From Octopus sinensis (lineage: Eukaryota): DNA of 64,000 bases. How positions within the stretch are numbered: the first letter of the stretch is position 1; the number at the start of each line of letters is the position of its first letter. The stretch is taken from NCBI RefSeq assembly GCF_006345805.1, contig NC_042997.1, positions 61,814,001 through 61,878,000 on the forward strand, read 5' to 3'. The notes under the pieces are model-generated. The model did no database searches and had not been told where the DNA came from. It saw only the letters and a program-made list of their open reading frames with translations. Position numbers and translations under genes: made by a program. Below, in pieces: positions 1 through 10,183 of the stretch.

Positions 1-1530
1 TTTTGCCCAGCATGCTAACAATTCCACTGGCTTACCACCTGATACTTATTTCATCCTGAAAGGATGAAAGGCAAAGTCAACCATGGCAGAATTTGAATTC
101 AGAACATGAAGACTGATGAAATGCCGCCAAACATTTCACCTGGTGTGCTGATGATTCTGCCAGCTTGGCACCTTTAGTAGACTATTAATAATAAAACAAG
201 TGAAATAGAACCAGTGAGTGTATGTGTTTGTGTGTGTGTGAGAGTGAATGTGTATGTGCGTGAGTTTGTGTGTGTGTGTGTGTGCATGTGTATGAGAGTG
301 TCTGAGTATGTATGCATGTGTGTGTGCATGTCTGTGTCTCTTTCTCTTGACATTGCATGATAGTTGTACATGATTGTTACTGTCATACAAGCTGTATTAT
401 TCATTTCCAATATTCTGTAAGAACATATCTGGCTATGGGGGAAATATCACCTTGCCTGGAAACAGGTGAGGATTGTCGAGAGGAAGGGCATTTGGTTATA
501 GAAAACCTGTCTCGAATGAATATATTCCATCCAACTCATGCCTGCATGGAAAGGTGGACACTGAATGATGATGATGATGATAGCGAAGGTGAAACCACAA
601 AATATTTTGCGATGTATAATTACAACAAAGCATTTTGTCTGCTGCTTGTAATAAATCTTCCCCTTCACTATTTTACATGATTTGATTTAATAATACTTTA
701 TGCTATAGGCAACACTAACCAAAACCTCTACTACACTTACTAAAACAACAACCACTAACACTACCACCACCACCAGCAGCAGCAACAGAACCAGTGCATG
801 CTCCTCTGTAACTAATACCACTAACACTATGAATTGACAATAGGATAAAATCGTGGGTTCTGATTTATTTTTATCCTAGAAAGGAAATCTTCAGTAATTT
901 ATGTGATTGTTAAGCAATCAGACAGAACTAACATTGCAGATGAACAGTTAAGTTTGTAACAAAAGATTTATTATCATTAAAATGAAACAATGATTGATTA
1001 TTAACTGTAGATGAAACAATAAATAATTCTGTTTATCTGTCTTGACCTAGAGAAGACCTTTACTTTGCATTTACTTTCAAGAAATCAAAATGTGAATGAA
1101 AGGATTGTGAAAGCTGTTCTGTAACATAGATAAGGCCAAGATGGATTTGTGCAGTGAGGAGTTGACCTTACATAAATCATCTCTCTATAATCCTTTCTAC
1201 CATAGACACAAGGCTGGCAATTTTAGGAGAGGGGGACATGTTGATTACATTGACCCCACTCCCAACACACACACTCAGTACTCACCTGATACTTATTTCA
1301 TTGGGCTCAAAAGGATGAAAGGTAAAGTTAACCCTGGTAGAATTTGAACTCAGAACTTAAAGGTACAAAAAATGCCACTAAACATTTTGTTTGACTTGCT
1401 AATAATTCTGCCATCTTGTCATCTTCATCATCTCTATATCATAATAGATTCAGTTTCCCACAAGGCCAACAGTTCTCAGGGTAGAGGTAAGTCGATTACA
1501 CTGACTCCAGTGCTCAACTGGTACTTATTT

Positions 1531-2402
1531 CAGTTCTATATTTAAGAGATGAGGAATCATGTACATTATTTATATTTGATGGATATTTTGTCATCTTGTT
1601 TGTTGTTAACATGTTTTGGCTGATATACCCTCTAGCCTCCATCATGTGTCTTGGGGAAATTTCGAACCTGGGTTCTCATTCCTAAGGTATTTTTCGATGT
1701 TATTATTATTAGTAGTATTTTATGTTTAACTTTTGCTTTACATTTGTACAAGTTGGCTCCGTGTCTCACCCAGAGACCTCAAGAGACAAGTTGGAAGTTC
1801 ATGTTGGTGTTATGCCTAGGGTGCCATATTTTTGGTTTTGTACATAGTGTTGTTCTTGAGAATGTTTAAGAAACCATAAGAAAATTGTGTTTGTTTTAAA
1901 ACTTGAGACTACATAGAAAGTATTTTGAGTAGGATATGGGCAGTTCCCATGAACACTATCTTTTGAATTTCTGCCATTTTGGGGTTTCCTGGTATCTGAG
2001 CTAGGTAGCAATCAGCCCCTTTTGCTATCATTCCCAGGTATTGTTTTAGTCTTCAGGTTCCACATTTAGCTAATTTCTATTTCAAGATCTTTATAGTTGC
2101 TTAGTTTTTGGTAGGTCTTGACAGATACGTTTATATCGATTGGGACAGTCATATTAATGAGGAGGCATGATTTTTGTCTGAAGTCTTTCAATATGATGTC
2201 TGGCCTATTTGTATCTATCTTTCTGTCTGTTTGAATGGTGAAGTTTCACAGGAAGATACTCTGTAGGCGAAAGAAGACTGCACTTGGAGACAACATGATC
2301 AATGGTTTCATTATTATTATTATTATTCAGGTCACTGCTTGGAATGGAACTTGGAATCTTGGTGTTAGTAGACCGCATTCTTTACCACTATGCCATATGC
2401 CC
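1531..2402 (-). mobile_element. tRNA-derived SINE with internal (TAA)n tract, interrupted by a LINE fragment
   Basis: Reverse-complement match to the copy at 2454-2647. The head is at about 2330-2402 and the body at 1531-1710, split at the TAA tract. Confidence 0.75.
1711..2309 (-). mobile_element. 3' end of an RLE-endonuclease non-LTR retrotransposon (R4/Dong-like), decayed
   Basis: Minus-strand translation NFTIQTDRKIDTNRPDIILKDFRQKSCLLINMTVPIDINVSVKTYQKLSNYKDLEIEIS*MWNLKTKTIP...EIQKIVFMGTAHILLKILSM* has the RPD..K..Y layout of restriction-like endonucleases. Stop at 1909-1911, then a 3'UTR ending in TAA repeats. Confidence 0.8.
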
Positions 2403-2453
2403 ATGTGTGTGTGTGTGGAGGGGTCAATGTAATCAACATGTCCCCCTCTCCAC

Positions 2454-2647
2454 GGGCATATGGCATAGTGGTGAAGATCGTTGGCAACCATCCCCAAAAT
2501 TCCAAGCTCGATCCCAAGCAGTGACCTGAATAATAATAATAATAATAACATCGAAAAATACCTTAGGAATGATAACCCAGGTTCGAAATTTCCCCAGGAC
2601 ACCTGATGAAACAAGATGAGGACAAATGCCCATCAAGTGTAAAATAA
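2454..2647 (+). mobile_element. tRNA-derived SINE, uninterrupted (TAA)n copy with internal deletion
   Basis: A-box-like TGGCATAGTGG and B-box-like GCTCGATCCC, (TAA)n at about 2529-2548, and CTGATGA at 2603-2609. Confidence 0.75.
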
Positions 2648-4186
2648 GTTATTTTATTGACTCCAAAAGGATGAAAGGCTAAATTGACCATGGTGGAGTT
2701 TGAACTCAGAATGTAGAGATGGAAAAATGCTACTAAGCATTCTGCCCAATATGCTAACAATTCTGCCAGCTCACCATCTTATTTCATCTCTAAATAATAA
2801 TAACTGTCATAAATGCTGGTTTGTTGAATTCATCAGTCACACTGTACATCACACATACATATATTAGAGAGTGAGAGGGGGTGGTGGAGAAAGGAGGAGA
2901 GAGAGAGAGAGTAAAAGGGGGATATATATATAGAGAGTTGGCATAAGGGATGCAGGATGAGTACATATAGTAGGCTTGGTGGTAGACAATGAGTAAATGA
3001 GTGCTATATGCACACCCAGTAAGAAAGAACCATAGCAACAGAGTAGGGAGTAAATGACACTAGTTATGGGAAGAGTTATACAAGTGAAATTTGTTGTATT
3101 AAATTTTATTTTAAGACAATAAATATTTTATTCCTGAAAATTAGTGTTTATTTCATCATTTTGTATAAGTACCAAGAAATTTGTCAAACTTTCTGTTATC
3201 ATCCATGGTGGCAAAAGTATACTTCTAAAGTTACCCATCGTATGATGAATAATATTCTAATAATTATATAATAAATCTGAAGATTCTGTCTCTTTCTTTC
3301 TCTCAGTGTTGGTAAGTATTAGTTAAAGTTATGCAGCTAACCTTCTCTTTGTCCTGATCCCTGAGACAATCACACATGTCTTTAACCTTTTAACTACAAA
3401 ATTAAATATTATAGCTATTCCAGTAATGATGCTAAGTTTCTACATAGAATAAAATTAGCATTTTCTCCAAGTTATGTTGTGGCAATAAACTTGACGTATC
3501 TCACCAAAAAAATACTTTCAGACATGACATTCTACAGTAGAAGATAGAGTGGTAACTAAAATTGCTTTTTGCAGTTAAAGGTAATGAAATTTTGAGTGGA
3601 TATATCTGATTTCTGCAGTAAAATTTTTAAGAAGTTTATAGATGGTCATGGTCTCGCATGGTGAAACCATCTAATGACAACTCCATTCAGAAAGCTGGAA
3701 TAGATGTCATTTGAAGAAAGAACACAGTACAATGAATTCATAGAACCAAGCTGTAGCTTTTAAATGCTTTTATTCCAGGTCAAAAATATATACAAGTTGA
3801 ATAATCATGGAAGGTGTTTACAAATGAAGGCCATGTTCAGCTTCTGTGTATTCTATGTCATAGCTGCTCAATGTCTCTCAGCTGTTGTGTGCGTTATGCA
3901 AGAATTAACAAGGTCGTGTCCTCACACACTGCTGTCGTGATGACAAATTGAAATATTGTATCAAGAAGTTGTAGCGATGATGTGGAGCTGGAGTTCCAGT
4001 ACATGTCATATGAAGTTGTGGTTGTAATGCTGCTGCCTGGGTCACTTGTACTGGAGTCCTCGCAGGTTGTATATTTGTTGTTAACCATGGTAAAGTAATT
4101 CACGAACAATGCTGTGTTGAAACCTGTGCTAGTTGCTGTGTACATAGCGATGTTGTTGTTGATGATGGTGGCGATGAAGACGGAGG

Positions 4187-4915
4187 TTCTCTGAAGACAA
4201 AGAGTGCAGTCGAGAAAAGATAGGAGGTCCCTTAGTCATGATGAAATGTCTTGTGGAATGAGCTGGATTTGACAGATGAAATGACAAATTGGTCAACTCT
4301 GGAAATGAAGTGAGTAACTGGTGTTAAGAGTCATGTGAAGCAGCCACAAAGAAAGAAGAGCTCACAACAGGAACAGAAGAATCCTTTCCAGAGACAATGA
4401 GTGAGGTAGTATCATCAAGAAGCTGGCGTCCTCTAATGTCCACAAGGAGAGAATAGTGATGTAAGAAGTCAGCTCCAAGGATGGGGTAGGGCAGGTTCGC
4501 AATGACAAAGATCCACTTGAAATCCCTACAAAGTGACAAATCAAGGATAAGAGAGATTTGTCCATAGGTTTTAATGGCAGTGATTCACCATGTAAAGAGA
4601 GATGTTGGAAAGACCAGGATTAGTGGAAGTAAGCCTTCAAGGCCAGACACGCACACTGGCTCCCATGTCCATCATAAAAGACTTTGAAATAGCATCTCGG
4701 ATAAAAAATGGTAAGGTGAATCAGTGGGGGAGACAAGTGTCGTGCCCAGTGCCTCCCAGCCTAGTTTCCCTGAGAAGAGTAAGAGTAGGGTAGTGTACAC
4801 TTTTCAGCCTGGTCCTTGAATTTCCTATGATACCAGCAAGTAGGAGCAGAAAGTGTGCATCCGCATGAGAAAGAGTGACATCTGATCCTCCCTGTAGAAT
4901 AATTCCATGAAGAAG
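4187..4915 (-). mobile_element. Ty3/Gypsy LTR retrotransposon relic (CsRn1-like), gag end, protease and start of pol
   Basis: CWYHRKFKDQAEKCTLPY (C-x2-H-x9-C-x3-[C>Y]) ending SQGN*. Protease-like FFIRD...MMDMGASV and FKWIFVIANLPYPILGADFLHHYSLLVDIRGRQLLD follow, then LLTSFPELT...HFIMTKGPPIFSR. Frameshifts and stops are present. Confidence 0.85.
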
Positions 4916-4920
4916 AACAG

Positions 4921-6540
4921 TCTTGGTCTTTCGTCATTGCCTCTGTGAGGCCCAAAGTGTCACCGGCCCGGGTATCACAACTACAATATCCATTTGATGT
5001 ACTTGACTCAATAGGTCTCCTCAAGCACAGCAGGCCGCCCAACAATCCAAGGTTAGCATAGCAGGCCGTCCTGCGAGCCATGAACTCACTTCATTTGTCA
5101 GGTCTTCGCAGTCATACATATCTCCAGAGGTCTCAGTCTTTCGTCATAGCCTCTGTGAGGCCCAACGTTCAAAGGTCATGCTTGACCACCTCATCCCATG
5201 TCTTCCTGGGCATACCTCTACCCCAGATTCCTTCAACAGTTTGGGAGTGGCACTTTTTCATACATCTCTCCTCATCCTCCATAATACATGACCATACCAA
5301 CGCAAATGTCTCTCCTGCACGCCACATCCGATGCTTCTTATGTCCAACATTTCTCTCAGGGTGCTTACACTCTGTTGTGCATGCACATTGACATTACACA
5401 TCCTGCTAGCTTAATTTCTTTCGAGACTATGCATGTCCTCCGCAGTCATGGCCCATGTTTCACTGCTGTGAAGCATGGCAGTTCGCACACATGCATCGTA
5501 CAGTCTATCTTTCACTCTGAGTGAGAGACCCTTTGTCGCCAGTAGGGGAAGAAGCTTTCTAAACTTTGCCCAGGCTATTCTTATTCTAGTGGTAACACTC
5601 TCTGAGCATCCACCCCAACTACTAACTTTGTCACCTAGGTAGTGGAAGCTATCAACTACTTCTAGTTTCTCTCCCTCGAGTGTGATGGAATCTGTTTTCT
5701 GAGCATCTGTGGTGTGTATTGCCCCTGTGTATCTGTCGCACACAAAAGTTATTTTCTAGGTTAATTTTCCTTTGATGTTGCTGCACTTCATGTGTCCATA
5801 GCTTACACTGGGTACATCTTATGGAGTTTCTGCCTACACCTTTTCTGCAGATCGAGCAGGGCCACCTACCTAAGGGGCTGTGTGATGAGTTTGTCTTCCT
5901 ACTTGAACTTTGGTCTTTGCTACATTGACTCTAAGGCCCTTTGATTCTAAACCTAGCTTCCACACACAAAATTTATTTTCTAGTTCCGGTAGTGATTCTA
6001 CTATGAGGGCCAGGTCATCAGCATAGAGGAGCTCCCAGGGGCAGCCCGTCTTGAGTTCCTCTGTTATTGCCTGGAGGACTATGATGAATAAAATGGGACT
6101 GAGGGCTGAACCTTGGTGGACGCCTACTTCTACCCGAAATTCTTCGCTATACTCATTGCCAATCCTAACCTTACTAATGGCTTCTCTGTAAAGGGCCTGT
6201 ACAGCCCTTATTAACCATTTGTCAATCTCCAGTTTCCACATCGCGCACCAGATAAGGGATTGGGGGACCCTGTCAAAGGCTTTCTCCAAGTCCACAAAAG
6301 CTAAGTATTGGGGTTTATCTTTAGCTAGGTATTTCTCCTGCAGTTGTCGAACCAGGAATATGGCATCAGTGGTGCTTCTACCTGGCACAAAACCGAACTG
6401 CATCTCGTCTAAGCAGACTCTCTCCCTGATGAGATTGGCTATGACCTTCATCACCTGATCCAGCAGTTTGATACCCATGTAGTTATTTCTATCTAGAGCT
6501 TCACCTTTACCCTTGTAGCAATTGACTATGATGCTGCTAC
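4921..6540 (-). mobile_element. RTE-clade LINE fragment (RT domain to C-terminus), 5'-truncated and decayed
   Basis: QFGFVPGRSTTDAIF, FVDLEKAFDRV, GVHQGSALSP, LLYADDLAL and FHYLG motifs. It is collinear with the 42848-46238 copy. Confidence 0.95.
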
Positions 6541-6825
6541 AGTCCTTTCAATTTACACTCAATGCAAATTACATATAATAAAATAATTTTGCATTTTTAA
6601 AGATTTTGAGTGAAATATCTTCAGGGCAAAAAGGACATTCGGAACTTATTTGTGAATCAGTTCAGGTACTCCAGAATCTGTTGGAGTACCTGAACTGATT
6701 CACATGTAAATTCCGAATGTCTTTTTTGCCCTGAAGATATTTCACTCAAAATCTTTAAAAATGCACAATTATTTTATTATATATATTTTGTAATTTGTAA
6801 TGAGTGTAAATTGAAAGGGTTGTAG
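6537..6825. repeat. Long imperfect inverted repeat 1 (arms about 135-140 bp, 8-nt loop)
   Basis: Centre GTACTCCA-gaatctgt-TGGAGTAC. The arms pair out to CCTTTCAATTTACACTCA / TGAGTGTAAATTGAAAGG. Confidence 0.95.
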
Positions 6826-6884
6826 GGAATGTTAATTAATTAAAAAATAATTTATTTCTTACTTAATGATAATTGATATAAATA

Positions 6885-7644
6885 TATAAAAAAATAAAAG
6901 GAAAAAATTCAGATTAGGTAAACCATTATCAACACATGTGCGAATTTGATCAGGATAAAATTCATCCAAAATTAAGACATATTAATATATCCAACATAGA
7001 AAAATATAGGAATATTAAAAAAAATATATGGATATATAAATATCTAAACATGAGTGTAGAAACATAGTGATAATGAAGCAAAAGTTGAGAATATTTTTAA
7101 AAGATTTGGGAAGATAGTGCAAAGTTAATAATAGGCATCGAATAAGGTTTCGGGTTACAATTCTAGATGATATTCCAATGGCCATTTCTTGGGTTCATTC
7201 TTCCGGGTAAAAAATGAAATCTTGAAATCCATTTTTGGAGAATGCCTCTTTCATCAGAGAAAAAAATTATATTTATGGTAGATATGCATTCAGTGCATTG
7301 CCCTGATGGAGGCATTCACTAAAAATGGATTTCAAGATTCATTTTTTACTTGGAAATGTAAACCCCAGAAACGGCCGTCGGAATATTATCACTTAGAATT
7401 GTAGTCGAAACCTTATTAGATGCCTATTATTAACTTTTCACTATCTTTTCAAATCTTTTAAAATATCCTTATCTTTTACTTTCTTATTTATATATCCATA
7501 TATATTTTTAATATTCCGATATTTTTCTATGTTCAATATATTAATATATGTTTTAATTTTGGATGAATTTTATCTTGATCAAATCCACACATTTGTGTTG
7601 ATAGTGGTTTACCTAATCTGAATTTTTTCCTTTTATTTTTTATA
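6885..7644. repeat. Long imperfect inverted repeat 2 (arms about 340-370 bp, about 45-nt spacer)
   Basis: AAAATAAAAGGAAAAAATTCAGATTAGGTAAACC pairs with GGTTTACCTAATCTGAATTTTTTCCTTTTATTTT. Pairing continues inward to CATCAG (7252) / CTGATG (7303). Confidence 0.95.
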
Positions 7645-9759
7645 CCTGTCTAACATCTCAGGTTCAACTTGAGCACTTCTAAGCAACCTATATATTTCAT
7701 TAGAAAAATATAACTATATGTGTATATGTATGTATACACATTCATGCACATATTTCAGAGTTTTACTTTTTGGGGCAAGTGACTTGATCTGAGATTGTGC
7801 CTAGAAACGGAAACAACTATATTCTAGAGAAGTCATCTTAGTCATTTAAGATCATTGAACAACTGTTAAAAATATTTTTCATTTGTTTTTTAATACAACA
7901 AAAATTTCATTACACTTCTGTGTCCTTGTTTACTAACACAATTCTACTGCTAATCAATAAAGTACCTCTTTTCTAGATGCATTCCAGGATGTTTCTGTGT
8001 ACAATAGCAACACCATTCCAAGTGTAAGAGCAATCCTCTATTGTGGGCCTCACCTGTGTATATCAAAAATTATTGATACACACTCACCTGAGTGTATCAA
8101 TAATTTTTGGGGGTGAAATGAATATCCTTTAATGCAAGAGAGTTGATGGTATGTGGGCCTAGCTACGTCAAGGATGTACTTTCGCTAGGAAATACCTTTT
8201 ATGATAGTGAGATCCAATACCTGAATCTATTGTGAAAGCTCTAGTTGAGTATTAAATGTTATTAAATGGATAAATATGGAATTATTCTGTGCCTGTGTGA
8301 GTTTTGCTTTGAATTCATAAAGTTGGATAAATTATATTAAATGGTTGAATGGGCTAAAATTCCAGCACTTAATTCGTTTTAAAACTCCCCTCAAACATTT
8401 TATAATTCATTTTCGTTTTTGATACGTCTTCGTATTTATGTTTGGAACGTAAGAAATTTTCAATCTGCAATCTAAAATTAACAAAAAATAATAAAAATTA
8501 GAAACAGATTAATGTTAGAAGATTTGTACAATTTCATTTACATTTTGTTTACATCTGAAAGCATTTGTTATTTCACTTTCAGAAATTGTAAAATATTTGT
8601 TTTAAAGATTTCGACTCTTATAAAAAAAAAAAAAAAGAAAAAAGTCAATTTTTAAAATAGTGTGTAATGAAAGAACCAGAATGGAATTTAAAAAATCCAC
8701 TGTAATACGAAATAAGTGCCAACCTTTGATATAATTAAAATATCAGGTAATAGACGATGTGCTTTAATAATGGTTGTAAATAATTAGTAGGGCTCCGAAT
8801 GAAGACCAAATGATACCATAATCCCTATCCACAGGTGAATGGCAGGAGAAAAAATTACAGTTCTAGCTAAGTAAAAGAAAAGTGATTAGAAAAAATATCA
8901 CATTTAATATGAATTTAACTAATAGTTAAAGTAGAAATAACATTCTCAGTCATTAACAATAACAACACCATAAATACATGTATGTGAAAAAAAAATCATG
9001 TTACATAAAGCATTGGAAAAAAATAGATAAAAGTTAAATCAGTTATCTATTGAAATATTCTTTCGATTTTCTCACCTTCACTGGCTACAGATTTACTCTA
9101 TAATCGTGTTCCAATATCTAATTGACAAGCCATTAAAACATTAAACGTGGAAATAATATATCTAATATTCAGGGTTTTTCTTCTAGGCCAGACCTAACGA
9201 CTACGTTAATAAGTTGTTTTTATTGTTTTATTTCTTTCTCTTTAAACAGTAAGCAATACATATAAATTACTTCCAAAAATAAAACAAAACAATAAAAACA
9301 AACTTTCAACATTCTTTTACTGGGGCCCTGGCGCACTATAGTAAATGCAGCACTGGTAAAAAATAATAATAACTCGGTGGTGCCCCTTCCCTCAGTGGCT
9401 TAAGCACGTGCTTATTTTATTTAATGGTTAATCTCGGTATGTGTATTAGTGTGAAATATCATACGACACTGGTTTTACTGTTCTCTAACACAGAAGTATG
9501 TGTATTCAAATGTCGATAGTCGCTCCCACACTTCTTTCCTCCATCGCTCCACCCTCATTATTTAGTATAGAGATAAAGAGCTAGGTTATCTTAATTTTGT
9601 GTCATCGCTGTATTAAGCAATTTTACAAGTTCACTTTAAAATTCATTTATATTATTCTCAATCATTAACAATTAATTAATAGATACTGAATTTAAATCAT
9701 CTTTATAAAGCATTTTCTTATGTATCGATTGAAAGTATTCCTATCTTTTTTTGTCTACC

Positions 9760-10128
9760 TCAAGCCGGTACCAAATGTTTAAGCTCATTACCGGTAAGTT
9801 TCAGGATAAACGAGTACCGACAATCTGTGGGCATTTGTAAATAAGCGACTTTACTCGCTCTACACCGCTGAGACTTACACAGAAAGCAAGTCCCCTGCAA
9901 CGGGGAAGCGCTCTCTTTTTGCGACGTCTCTACATTATATTGTGTTTCAATCAAACACCACAAGCAGTTATATTTTTTAACCTGACGGCTTGACAGTAGT
10001 TGTTTGCTGCAACACTTTGTGTGAAACGAAATTATTTTATTCAATAAGTCTCAAAGGTATAGCTGTTTATAGATTGATAGTTGGAAAGCAGCGTGAGTGT
10101 GTGTGACCTTGACACACACTCACAAAAT
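9760..10128 (+). promoter_or_regulatory. Probable promoter/5'UTR of the kinase gene
   Basis: Repeat-free stretch, visibly richer in CpG than the CpG-depleted surroundings, directly upstream of the ATG. The TSS is not determinable. Confidence 0.5.
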
Positions 10129-10183
10129 ATGGCTGATAAATGGCCCAACACGAAGGATGCTTTTGAGCTGAGAGATGTTATCG
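10129..10183 (+). CDS. First coding exon of an OSR1/SPAK (OXSR1/STK39, Drosophila fray)-like Ste20 kinase
   Basis: ATG at 10129 reads MADKWPNTKDAFELRDVI-G, then a canonical donor G|GTAAGT at 10184 (phase 1). It resembles the fray/OSR1 N-terminus (WPNSKDDYELRDVIG / WSINRDDYELQEVIG, recalled) leading into the Gly-rich loop. Exon 2 was not found in the window. Confidence 0.85.

Noticed and set aside
3160-3212. Minus-strand GCCACCATGG Kozak context starting MDDNRKFDKFL
   Set aside because: Very short ORF, weak donor and no recognisable homology, so chance cannot be excluded.
3894-4145. Thr/Ser-rich 83-aa ORF next to the Gypsy relic
   Set aside because: No identifiable motif. It may be element-derived but cannot be assigned.
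9066-9800. Possible divergent gene: minus-strand donors AAG|GTGAGA near 9075 and GAG|GTAGAC near 9759
   Set aside because: The only nearby ATG closes after 11 codons and acceptors are unclear. It needs RNA-seq.
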